This document shows positions 52,991-62,091 of a stretch of DNA of 64,000 bases, piece by piece. The notes beneath the pieces were generated by a model. It was given only the letters and a program-made list of their open reading frames with translations. It was not told the DNA's origin and made no database searches. Within the stretch, counting starts at the first letter, position 1. Every line of letters starts with the position of its first letter. Source of the stretch: a virus (Duplodnaviria > Caudoviricetes). The stretch lies in the IMG/VR virus record IMGVR_UViG_3300025909_000005; one strand, given 5' to 3'. The position numbers were made by a program, and so were the translations under genes.

Positions 52991-53013
52991 ATAAGAGATC
53001 TACCGGATCTCTT
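52988..53013 (+). promoter_or_regulatory. Late promoter TAAATA plus perfect 8-bp hairpin
   Basis: TAAATA 52988-52993; AAGAGATC 52993-53000 / GATCTCTT 53006-53013; ATG 53015. Confidence 0.7.
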
Positions 53014-53014
53014 C

Positions 53015-53599
53015 ATGACGCACATCGCCTACATTCACGGACTGAATTCTAGTCACACGTCGTTCAAGTACATTCATGAGATGCTACCTGAACACAAGGC
53101 CACGTTCCTTGACTACGAGAGTCACCAGGACCTCGGCACCTCGATCGCGCAGGTGCTTCGGAAGTTCCCTAAGAGTGAGCCTGTTGTCATCGTCGGTCAC
53201 TCCCTAGGTGGCGTCATCGGCACGCTAATCGCGGCTGAGTACCCTGACCGCGTCCTCAAGCTCGTCACGATGTCCTCGCCCTTCAGTGGTTCCCGCGCGG
53301 CTTCAACCCTTCGCTGGATCCCTGGCTCCCTGAAGATCCTGAACGACATCACGCCAGCCTCCTCATACATCAAGAAGGTGAAGTCGCTGAAGTTGGACGT
53401 TCCAACTATCTCGATCATCTCCACGGGCGGTCACCTGCCTACATCACCAGAGCCAAATGACAGCGTCGTCTCACTGTCCTCTCAGCGCGCCTTGAAGTTC
53501 GGAAAGAAGATCGAGGTCAACGTATCCCACTTTGAAGTCCTCATGCATGACAAGACCGTCAAGACGATCAAGGACTTCGTCTTCGGAGACACCGAATGA
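53015..53599 (+). CDS. Alpha/beta hydrolase
   Basis: YIHGLNS, VGHSLGG (GxSxG), NDSVV, SHFE. Confidence 0.9.
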   Translation: MTHIAYIHGLNSSHTSFKYIHEMLPEHKATFLDYESHQDLGTSIAQVLRKFPKSEPVVIVGHSLGGVIGTLIAAEYPDRVLKLVTMSSPFSGSRAASTLRWIPGSLKILNDITPASSYIKKVKSLKLDVPTISIISTGGHLPTSPEPNDSVVSLSSQRALKFGKKIEVNVSHFEVLMHDKTVKTIKDFVFGDTE

Positions 53600-54396
53600 A
53601 GATCCACTCAAAGCGCCACCGCGACGCTCACGCAATCCATCCGTACACGTCTCACCAGGTTCAAATGATGATGGACCCCGTGAAGTTCATCAACGCGTAC
53701 ATGCACACTCCCTACGCCATCGGTGGCACAAAGCAGATCAGGCTCCATCCCTTCCAGGAGGACTTCATCAACTGCATCAAGCAGAACAAAAACGTCATCG
53801 CTGTCATGCCACGTCAGTCAGGCCAGACGATGACTGCTTTGGCCTTCTGCCTCTGGGAAAGCATGTTTGTTGTTGGCGCTGACGACACCATGATCCTTAC
53901 AACGGATCAAATGAACGTGCAACCGCTCGCAGACATCCTGAAGACGATGCTCAACTCTGTTCCAGCGTTCATGCGACCATCTGTTCTACAGCAGAATCGA
54001 ACAGCTATCTCGTTCGCGAAGGGTTCGCGCATTGAAGTTGCTCACATCAACCCATCTACTGTCTGTGGCCGATCACCAACTAGAGTTCACCTCGACTCGT
54101 TTGCAGCCGCGTCTGACCAGCGACAGAAGGACGCGTGGTACACCCTCATCGGTACTCTCGTCACGTCCAACAACATCTCCATGACCGGTACTCCTCGCGG
54201 TACCACTTCAACGTTTGCCCACATCTGGCGCGAGGCCAACCTCCAGATTGCCAATGGCAAGACGTTTAACGACTTCACGCCGTTCTTCAAGAACGTGCAT
54301 GACATGACTCACTTGGACCCACTCTGGCTCCAGTCAACTCGCAAGGCGATTGGCGAGTCAGCGTGGAAGTCAGAATTTGAGTGCCAGTTCCTATGA
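53596..54396 (+). CDS. Terminase-large-subunit ATPase paralog with degenerate Walker motifs and no nuclease domain
   Basis: LHPFQ, PRQSGQT (vs RQCGKT), VHLDSFA (vs IYLDELA), TGTPRG, WKSEFECQFL. Confidence 0.75.
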   Translation: MKIHSKRHRDAHAIHPYTSHQVQMMMDPVKFINAYMHTPYAIGGTKQIRLHPFQEDFINCIKQNKNVIAVMPRQSGQTMTALAFCLWESMFVVGADDTMILTTDQMNVQPLADILKTMLNSVPAFMRPSVLQQNRTAISFAKGSRIEVAHINPSTVCGRSPTRVHLDSFAAASDQRQKDAWYTLIGTLVTSNNISMTGTPRGTTSTFAHIWREANLQIANGKTFNDFTPFFKNVHDMTHLDPLWLQSTRKAIGESAWKSEFECQFL

Positions 54397-55937
54397 AGAA
54401 TCCCCAGCTAAAGCGCGCCTACTCCACAGACGAGTATACCCCTCAAATGATTGGTGAGCTTGCCAAGTGCAAGAAGGATCCCGTCTACTTCATCCGTACC
54501 TACGTGAAGGTCCAACACCCGGTCCGTGGTACGGTTCCGTTTGACCTGTACGAGTACCAAGAGCGGTTCATCCGTCACATGCAGGACAACCGCTTCACGA
54601 TCACGCTTCAGCCACGCCAGTGCGGCAAGACCCTGACGGTGGCCATGTTCCTGTTGTGGTACGCGATGTTCAATGAAGACGCGCTGCTCCTGATCGCCTC
54701 GAAGAACCAGGGCCACGCCCTTGAGATCGCCGCGCGCGTTCGCTTCGCCTACGAGGAACTTCCAAACTGGATCAAGTGCGGTCTCAAGTACTACAACCGC
54801 CACAACATCGAGTTCGACAACGGTTCGCGCATCATCTCGGAAGCCACGACCGAAAAGACAGGTCGTGGTCTCGCTATCACGAAGATCTACCTCGACGAGT
54901 TGGCCTTCATTAACCCACGCATCCAACAGGAGCTGTGGAAGTCTCTGACCCCTACCCTTTCGACTGGTGGTTCGGCTATCATCTCGTCGACGCCAAACGG
55001 TGACACCGAGCTCTTCGCCAGCCTGTGGCGCGAGGCCAACACCGAGGGAGATGGCAAGCCAGGCCGTAACGGCTACGCACCTTTCCAGGTTGACTGGCGC
55101 GAACACCCTGAACGCAGCGACGACTACTGGGACACGATGGTTTCTCAGCTTGGTCTTCTTGCCTGCCGTCAGGAAGTTGGCTGCGAGTTCCTCTCGTCTG
55201 ACGCCCTGCTCATCAACTCCCTTCGCCTGCATGAGCTTCACGAATCCATGGTCCACCACACGGACATGGGCTTCAAGTTCTGGAAGGCGGACGAGGACAT
55301 TGGTGGAAGTGGCAAGACCTACCTCGTCGGTGTCGACCCTGCAACCGGTGGCGGTAACGACTACTCGGTCATCGAGGTGTTTGAGTTCCCGAGCCTGGAG
55401 CAGGTTGCTGAGTGGCGATCCAACGAGATCAAGATCCCGATGCTGTACGCCAAGCTCAAGTGGATCTTGAACAAGCTCTCTGCTCCGATCAACCGTGGAC
55501 GTGCTGAGGTGCTATGGACCTTCGAACGGAACGGCATCGGTGAAGCTGTCTCGACGCTCTACTACAACGACGAACGACAGCCAGAAGCTGAACTCTTCAA
55601 TGACAACCCTGCCAAGCTGGGCGTCTTTACCTCGGGCAAGACGAAGGTCCTGACCTGTCTGCAGCTCAAGGCGGCAGTCGAGCGCGTCAAGGGCGGCCTG
55701 AAGATCAACTCAGCCCAGCTCCTGAACGAGCTCAAGAACTTCGTGGCCAAGGGTGGATCGTACGAGGCCAAGTCTGGTGCCACAGACGACTGTGTCATGG
55801 CGCTGGTGCTCGTCATGCGACTGCTCAAGCGTATCGGCGACTACGACGACCGGGCCTTCAGAATGGTGAACGAATACGTAGAACCTGACGTGGATGATCA
55901 GTGGGGAGATGAGCCAGTCCCGTTCTCGATCTCTTAA
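54381..55937 (+). CDS. gp17: Terminase large subunit (T4 gp17-like)
   Basis: LYEYQ, PRQCGKT, YLDELAF, SSTPNG, VGVDPATG..DYS, FERNGIG, ATDDCVMAL. Confidence 0.95.
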   Translation: MPVPMKNPQLKRAYSTDEYTPQMIGELAKCKKDPVYFIRTYVKVQHPVRGTVPFDLYEYQERFIRHMQDNRFTITLQPRQCGKTLTVAMFLLWYAMFNEDALLLIASKNQGHALEIAARVRFAYEELPNWIKCGLKYYNRHNIEFDNGSRIISEATTEKTGRGLAITKIYLDELAFINPRIQQELWKSLTPTLSTGGSAIISSTPNGDTELFASLWREANTEGDGKPGRNGYAPFQVDWREHPERSDDYWDTMVSQLGLLACRQEVGCEFLSSDALLINSLRLHELHESMVHHTDMGFKFWKADEDIGGSGKTYLVGVDPATGGGNDYSVIEVFEFPSLEQVAEWRSNEIKIPMLYAKLKWILNKLSAPINRGRAEVLWTFERNGIGEAVSTLYYNDERQPEAELFNDNPAKLGVFTSGKTKVLTCLQLKAAVERVKGGLKINSAQLLNELKNFVAKGGSYEAKSGATDDCVMALVLVMRLLKRIGDYDDRAFRMVNEYVEPDVDDQWGDEPVPFSIS

Positions 55938-55947
55938 GGTCTGCCCA

Positions 55948-55978
55948 TAAATAGCCCTGTAATTTCTAACACAGGGCT
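55948..55978 (+). promoter_or_regulatory. Late promoter TAAATA plus perfect 8-bp hairpin
   Basis: TAAATA 55948-55953; AGCCCTGT 55953-55960 / ACAGGGCT 55971-55978; ATG 55984. Confidence 0.7.
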
Positions 55979-55983
55979 ACACC

Positions 55984-58900
55984 ATGCTTACAGACGGTAT
56001 TCAGCTGCTCGGCTCTTCAACTGCGACGAACCTGTCGATCACGAGCGGCACCACCCTTCCTTCTACCGGCCTGAACGTCGGTGAACTCTTCTACCAGATT
56101 GGAACTGGTCTGTATGTCTCGGATGGCTCCGCGTGGAACCAAGTCGGTTCAGCATACGTCCTGACCGCTGCCAAGATCACGACCGCGCTTGGCGCAACTC
56201 CTGCAACTCTCGACGGCACCGGCAAGCTGAGCACCTCCCAGCTGCCAGCGATCGCCATCACTGACACCTTCCCTGTCGCATCTCAAGCTGAGATGCTGGC
56301 GCTCACCGCTCAGACAGGCGACGTTGCAGTTCGCAGCGACTCGAACACCTCCTGGATTCTGAAGGGAACCGATCCTTCTCAGCTCTCCAACTGGACGCAG
56401 CTGCTCACACCAACTTCGGCAGTCACCTCAGTCAACACTCAGACCGGTGCAGTCACGCTCACCACCACGAACATCTCGGAAGGTACGAACAAGTACTACA
56501 CAGACGCCCGTGCTCGTGCAGCAATCTCGGCAACTGGCTCTGGCGGCTCGTATGACTCCTCGACTGGTGTCATCACGTTCTCCTCCGGAACGGCAGGCAC
56601 GCTCTCGGCAGCCACCACGATTGGTGACGGCACAGGCGCTTCTTCGATCACCTCGACAGGTGGTACGAACGCCAACCTCACGATTGCAGCGGGTCAAGGC
56701 GGTGCGAACTCCTCGCTGTACCTCCAGGCTGGTCCATCTGGTTCCGGTTCCCAGACTGGCGGCTCGGTCTACATCTCTCCAGGTGCCAATGGTGCAACCT
56801 CTGGTTCCGGCATCGGCAACGTCGTTATTCAAGGCAACCCAGCTTCTGCCTACGTTGGCGCGACGGGTGGCAACAGCAACGGCGCAATCGTCTTCCAGAC
56901 GGGTGCAGCGCAGTCCACAAACAACACAGTCAACACACTCGTCAACCGCCTCGTCATCCAGGCAGGCGGTGCATGGATCGTCAGCGGCTCAGCAGGCTCA
57001 AGCGGCCAGGTTCTGACGTCTGCTGGTGCCGGTGCGACACCGACCTGGACAACCATTGCGACAACTTCGCTGTCGGCAACTGGCGGTACTCCACGCTCAA
57101 GCACGACAGGTGTCTACGCCGGTCTCGATGCGACGAACCAGCCGGTCATCACGCTGAACAACGCCGGTCTGACCACTGGCAACCGTGCCTCTGACATCTA
57201 CATTGCTTCCGACGGCATCCTGCGTTGGGACTTTGCGAACGACTCGTACACGGTCGGTACAGCGTGGCTGCAGGTTGCACGTTCTAGCAACACCGCAACC
57301 AACATCACGCTCACAGGCACGGCAATCACGCTTACGGGCGCCGTATCTGGCACGTCCTTCAGCGGTGATGGTTCTGCTCTTACGGCCCTCAATGCATCGA
57401 ACCTTTCTACCGGCACGGTTGGTACGGCCCGTCTTGGTTCAGGTACGGCTTCCTCTACGACCTTCCTTCGTGGTGACGGCACCTGGGCAACCCCATCGGG
57501 TGGCAGCGGCACAGTCACTTCTGTTGCAGTTTCGGGTGGTACAACGGGTCTTACGACTTCCGGCGGTCCGATCACTGGCTCTGGAACGATCACGCTTGCC
57601 GGTACTCTCGCGCTGGCAAACGGCGGTACAGGTGCAACTACCCAGGCTGGCGCTGCGAATGCAGTTCTTCCAACGCAGACAAGCAACTCTGGCAAGTTCC
57701 TCACAACTGACGGCTCGAATGTTTCTTGGGCTACGGTCTCTGGTGGCACTGGTTCTCCAGGTGGCTCTGACACGCAAGTTCAGTACAACGCGTCTGGCGC
57801 CTTTGCAGGCAGCTCGACCTTCACGTTCAACTCTGGCACCGGCACCGTCACTGCAACGACCTTCTCTGGTGCCCACACGGGTAACGGTTCGGGTCTGACG
57901 AGCCTGACACCAACGAACATCACTGCAACTGGAACACCATCTTCCACGACGTACCTGCGCGGTGACGGCACTTGGTCAACCCCTTCTTCCTCAGCCACCT
58001 CAGCTCTGACAAGCGGCTTCGTTGCCTACGGTATCTCTGGTACGATGAGCGGCTCTACCGCGCTCACCTTCTCGGGCTCTCCAACAAACGGCTCTGGAGC
58101 TCCAACACTCGTCATCGGCGCCTCGACAAACACACAGGCCGCCACCCTCCAACAGAACGACAACCCAGGCTCAACCTTCACGGTTCGCGCTGGTGATTCT
58201 AGCGGCGGTGGTTCCGGTGGTACCCTCGTTGTTCGAGCTGGTCACGGCACGACCAACACTGGCGGTCAAAACGGCGGTAACGTCACGATCATCGCTGGTT
58301 CGTCGGTCGCTGGTTCTAAGGGTTACGTCAGCGTTACAACTGGTGGTACGACAGTCGGTGGTGGCGGTGGTACTGAACGCCTGCGCATCGACCAAAACGG
58401 TACATGGACGCTTAATGGTGCGGCAGGTACCACTGGTCAGGTTCTGACTAGCCAAGGTTCCTCTGCTGCACCAATCTGGGCGGCTGTCAGCCTCACCTCG
58501 CTGCAGGCCACGGCTAGCGCCTCAGTCAACACCTCCACGACTGGATCGTATGTGGGTCTTGACGGTAACACTCAGCCAATCTTGGCGATGGTGAACACCG
58601 CCGCCGGCACGAATAACAAGTACAGCGAATGGGCCGTGACCTCGGCCGGCAGCACTGTTCTGTCGCTCGTGAATGACGCCAACACCGGGAGCTCAAATGT
58701 CATCACTGTTGCGCGCTCAGGAAACACCGCGACGCTGATCACGCTGGCATCGACAGCGGTGAATCTCTCTGGCCTCACGTCTGGTCTTCAGCTGAATGCA
58801 AGCGCGGGCACGACTGGTCAGGTTCTCACGAGCCAAGGTGCTTCATCTGCACCAACATGGACGACACTGGCAGCCCCGACAACCCTCAGCGCAACTGGCA

Positions 58901-59751
58901 CCCAGCCAATCGCGAACTCCGGTGGTACTCAGCCAGGCTCAGCATCAACTGGTGTCTTCATTGGTAAGGACAGCTCAAGCCGTCCGAACTTGACGTTCGT
59001 CAACAGCAGCGGCGGTACCGACTCGAAGGCAACCTACCTGATCAGCACAGGCACTACCTTCGAAGGTCGATTCGCCAATGACATTGACGCTGCCGACGCA
59101 GCATGGATGGCAGTCACGCGCTCTGGCACAACGGCAACTGCGATCTCGTTCACGACGACCGCGATGTCGACCAACACGTCGTTCTCGTCTCCGCTGCTCA
59201 CGTCTGCAAGCACGCTGACGATTACGGCCGGTGCGAACATGGTCATTCAGACGACAGGCGCGAACGGCATCGCCATGAAGACGCCGAACGGCTCGACTGT
59301 CGGCTCAATTGCAATCACGGCTGGTACCGCATCTGCCGGTGCCGGTGGTCCTGTCTCACTGACAGCCGGCAACGGCTCCACCACCGGCGGCAACGCCACG
59401 CTCCAGGCCGGTAACGGCGCTGCAGGTGTTGGTGGTTCTGTCACCATTGCTGGTGGCTCTGGTGGTAACGCAATCGGCGGTGACATCACGATCACTCCAG
59501 GCGCGGGCTCCGGTGGTTCACAGGCAGGTGCTCTCACCCTCGGTGTTGGCTCTCCAGCAACGGCAGCCTTCGGTGGTTTCCCTTACATGCCTGCCATGGC
59601 AGGCGCTCCTTCTGGCGCGCCGACAGCAAAGTCTGGCTTTGTTCCATTCGTGTACGACACGACGAACAACAAGCTTTGGATCTACACAGGCTCCGCCTGG
59701 AAGTGCGTTCCTCTCGGCACAGCTGGTGCTGCGATGGCAACCACGTACTAA
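55984..59751 (+). CDS. Long tail fibre protein with internal repeats
   Basis: 1255 aa, G/S/T-rich; VTSVNTQTGAVTL, TTFLRGDGTW, GSDTQVQYN; three GQVLTSQG modules. Confidence 0.85.
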   Translation: MLTDGIQLLGSSTATNLSITSGTTLPSTGLNVGELFYQIGTGLYVSDGSAWNQVGSAYVLTAAKITTALGATPATLDGTGKLSTSQLPAIAITDTFPVASQAEMLALTAQTGDVAVRSDSNTSWILKGTDPSQLSNWTQLLTPTSAVTSVNTQTGAVTLTTTNISEGTNKYYTDARARAAISATGSGGSYDSSTGVITFSSGTAGTLSAATTIGDGTGASSITSTGGTNANLTIAAGQGGANSSLYLQAGPSGSGSQTGGSVYISPGANGATSGSGIGNVVIQGNPASAYVGATGGNSNGAIVFQTGAAQSTNNTVNTLVNRLVIQAGGAWIVSGSAGSSGQVLTSAGAGATPTWTTIATTSLSATGGTPRSSTTGVYAGLDATNQPVITLNNAGLTTGNRASDIYIASDGILRWDFANDSYTVGTAWLQVARSSNTATNITLTGTAITLTGAVSGTSFSGDGSALTALNASNLSTGTVGTARLGSGTASSTTFLRGDGTWATPSGGSGTVTSVAVSGGTTGLTTSGGPITGSGTITLAGTLALANGGTGATTQAGAANAVLPTQTSNSGKFLTTDGSNVSWATVSGGTGSPGGSDTQVQYNASGAFAGSSTFTFNSGTGTVTATTFSGAHTGNGSGLTSLTPTNITATGTPSSTTYLRGDGTWSTPSSSATSALTSGFVAYGISGTMSGSTALTFSGSPTNGSGAPTLVIGASTNTQAATLQQNDNPGSTFTVRAGDSSGGGSGGTLVVRAGHGTTNTGGQNGGNVTIIAGSSVAGSKGYVSVTTGGTTVGGGGGTERLRIDQNGTWTLNGAAGTTGQVLTSQGSSAAPIWAAVSLTSLQATASASVNTSTTGSYVGLDGNTQPILAMVNTAAGTNNKYSEWAVTSAGSTVLSLVNDANTGSSNVITVARSGNTATLITLASTAVNLSGLTSGLQLNASAGTTGQVLTSQGASSAPTWTTLAAPTTLSATGTQPIANSGGTQPGSASTGVFIGKDSSSRPNLTFVNSSGGTDSKATYLISTGTTFEGRFANDIDAADAAWMAVTRSGTTATAISFTTTAMSTNTSFSSPLLTSASTLTITAGANMVIQTTGANGIAMKTPNGSTVGSIAITAGTASAGAGGPVSLTAGNGSTTGGNATLQAGNGAAGVGGSVTIAGGSGGNAIGGDITITPGAGSGGSQAGALTLGVGSPATAAFGGFPYMPAMAGAPSGAPTAKSGFVPFVYDTTNNKLWIYTGSAWKCVPLGTAGAAMATTY

Positions 59752-59763
59752 GGACTTTGGACA

Positions 59764-60792
59764 ATGCTCACAGACGGTATTCAACTTCTTGGCACCTCAG
59801 CCGCCACCAATTTCACGATTGCAAGCGGCTCGACACTGCCTTCTGCAAGCGTTGCTGGCGAACTCTTCTACAAGACAGGCGTTGGCCTGAATGTCTTCGA
59901 TGGCACTGCTTGGGGTACCGTTGGTACGGGAGGTGTCACGAACCTTACGGTGAACGGAAGCAACGGTATCGGCACGTCTGTCGATATCTCAGATCCTACG
60001 TCACCCATCATCTCGCTGTCTCTTGGCACGATCACGCCAACTGCGGTTAGCACTGGAAACCTGACCCTCACTGGCACCATCTCGGTGAACAGCTCAGTCG
60101 GCGTCTCGGGCTACGTGCTCACGTCGCAAGGTCCTGGTCTTGTTCCACACTGGGTCGCGCCTGCATCTGCTGACCTCTCGAACCTGAACGCAACGAACCT
60201 GACGAGCGGCACAGTTCCGCTTGCGCGTCTTGCTTCCTCTGGCACCGCCTCAACGACTACGTTCCTCCGTGGTGACAACACGTGGGCAGCTCCTCCAGGC
60301 GGTGTCTCGTCTGTTGCAGTTGTAACAGCGAACGGCATCTCTGGTACCGTTGCCTCGGCCACGACCAATCCATCGATCACGCTGACGCTTGGTGACATCA
60401 CACCAACGTCTGTTGCATCGACAGGCGCAGTGAGCGGCACGACAATCACGGGTACCTCTGTCAAGGCGCGCCTCCTGCCAAAGGCAACGACGGCCACGAA
60501 TCAGGCAACGATCACGCCACCGGGCGACACGTCTGACTTCTACGCCGTGACGGGTCAGGCACAGAACTTCACGATCGCCGCACCATCAGGCACGCCAATT
60601 CTTGGTCAGAAGATGATGCTTCTGATCTCGGACAACGGCACCTCACGCACGATCACGTGGAACGCAATCTACCGCGCAGTTGGTGGTCTCACCCTTCCAA
60701 CTGCAACAAGCGCTGGCAAGGGCCTCTACGTCGGCATGATCTACAATTCATTCGCATCTCTCTGGGACATCATCGCGACTGCCCAGGTCTAA
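59764..60792 (+). CDS. Second tail fibre-like protein
   Basis: MLTDGIQLLG N-terminus shared with 55984; TTFLRGDNTW; C-terminal GQKMMLLISDNGTSRTITWN. Confidence 0.75.
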   Translation: MLTDGIQLLGTSAATNFTIASGSTLPSASVAGELFYKTGVGLNVFDGTAWGTVGTGGVTNLTVNGSNGIGTSVDISDPTSPIISLSLGTITPTAVSTGNLTLTGTISVNSSVGVSGYVLTSQGPGLVPHWVAPASADLSNLNATNLTSGTVPLARLASSGTASTTTFLRGDNTWAAPPGGVSSVAVVTANGISGTVASATTNPSITLTLGDITPTSVASTGAVSGTTITGTSVKARLLPKATTATNQATITPPGDTSDFYAVTGQAQNFTIAAPSGTPILGQKMMLLISDNGTSRTITWNAIYRAVGGLTLPTATSAGKGLYVGMIYNSFASLWDIIATAQV

Positions 60793-60798
60793 ACCCAT

Positions 60799-61764
60799 AT
60801 GACTACAATCGTTCTTACCTCAGGATCTTCTTGGACGGTACCGTCCGACTTTGACCCGAACAATAACACCGTCGAGCTCATCGGTGGCGGTGGCGGTGGT
60901 GCAGGTAGCTGGGGCAAGACAGCCCTTCCTCACTTTGCTGGTGGCGGTGGTGGCGGTGGTGGTTACACTAAGATCACGAACTTCGACCCAGGTGCAAGCA
61001 CAACGATCTCTTACTCGATCGGTGGCGCTGGTTCTGCAGGTGTCAACCAAAACAACACCGCTTCTTCCACACTCGTTCAAGCAGGCAACGGCGGCACGAC
61101 AACTTTCTCGACGTATTCTGCAGGCGGTGGCACTGGCGCCACACAATCTAGCACTGGTGGTAGCCCAGGTTCTGGTGGCACTGGTACAACAGCGAATGGT
61201 GGTAGCGGTGGCGCAGGCAGTCTTGGCCAATCGGGCTCAACCGCTCTTGTAACTGGCGGTGGTGGCGGTGGTGGCGCCGGTTCTAGTAACGGCAATGGTG
61301 GCGTGGGTGGTTCTGGTGGCGGTAACACTACCAACGGTGGTGGCGGTGGTGGCGGCGGCGCTGGTGGCACCACTGTCGGCGGCAACGGCGGCAACGGCGT
61401 CTCAGGCCAGGGCGGTAACGGTGGTGCAATCTCTGGCCAAACGGCCGGTGCAGGCGGCACGAACGCAGCTGGTGGTGCCGGTTCCAACGGTGGTGGTGGT
61501 GGTGGTGCAGGTGGTCAGGGTTTCAACGGCGGCGCCGGCTCAGGTGGTAACAATCCTGGTGGCGGTGGCGGTGGTGCCGTAGGCGGTTCAACCGCAACTG
61601 GCGGTGCTGGTGGTGGCTTCGGTGGCGGTGGCGGTGGTAACGCAACTGGCACCGGCGGCACATCACAGGCCATCTCAGCGGGTGCAGGTCGCCAAGGCGG
61701 CATCATCATCACGTACACACCGACGGCCATCTATCGGCCTGACATGTTCGCAATGTTTGCTTAA
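60799..61764 (+). CDS. Glycine-rich virion/tail protein
   Basis: TSGSSWTVP, VELIGGGGGG, GGGGGGGYT, GRQGGIIITY. Confidence 0.75.
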   Translation: MTTIVLTSGSSWTVPSDFDPNNNTVELIGGGGGGAGSWGKTALPHFAGGGGGGGGYTKITNFDPGASTTISYSIGGAGSAGVNQNNTASSTLVQAGNGGTTTFSTYSAGGGTGATQSSTGGSPGSGGTGTTANGGSGGAGSLGQSGSTALVTGGGGGGGAGSSNGNGGVGGSGGGNTTNGGGGGGGGAGGTTVGGNGGNGVSGQGGNGGAISGQTAGAGGTNAAGGAGSNGGGGGGAGGQGFNGGAGSGGNNPGGGGGGAVGGSTATGGAGGGFGGGGGGNATGTGGTSQAISAGAGRQGGIIITYTPTAIYRPDMFAMFA

Positions 61765-61781
61765 CCTGTTTGCGGGTTCCA

Positions 61782-61790
61782 TGTTATAAT
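61782..61790 (+). promoter_or_regulatory. Extended -10 promoter TGtTATAAT
   Basis: ATG 61798 lies 7 nt downstream. Confidence 0.6.
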
Positions 61791-61797
61791 GGGACCT

Positions 61798-62091
61798 ATG
61801 AGCATCATTGTTTACCACATCAGCTGCGAGACGGGTGAACCGTACGCAACGCCCTTCAACGACAACGAGCTGACGACGGCCCTCAAGTTCATGGAGGGCA
61901 TGCGGAAGATCGGTCACCATCACGTCACGTACTCCTCGGAGCACGGCGACCACGTCGGAAAGCCTGGTGTCGACGCAGTCGTTGACGGCAAGACGCCTGA
62001 CGGCAGCACCTACGACTGGTCAAAGGCCGGTCGAGCTGGCAAGATTCGCCAGTCAGAACGCGACCGCTGGGCTGAGGAGGCGAAGAAGTGA
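61798..62091 (+). CDS. Hypothetical early protein
   Basis: Probable leaderless start; VGKPGVDAVVDGKTPDGSTYDW. Confidence 0.6.
   Translation: MSIIVYHISCETGEPYATPFNDNELTTALKFMEGMRKIGHHHVTYSSEHGDHVGKPGVDAVVDGKTPDGSTYDWSKAGRAGKIRQSERDRWAEEAKK

Noticed and set aside
54381-55937. Possible intein/intron in terminase, capsid or portal genes
   Set aside because: Lengths and motif spacing look uninterrupted; no splice or homing-endonuclease motifs seen.
60880-61640. Dense GGTGGC repeats
   Set aside because: Poly-Gly codons of a glycine-rich virion protein; no constant repeat/spacer period, so not a CRISPR array or non-coding satellite.
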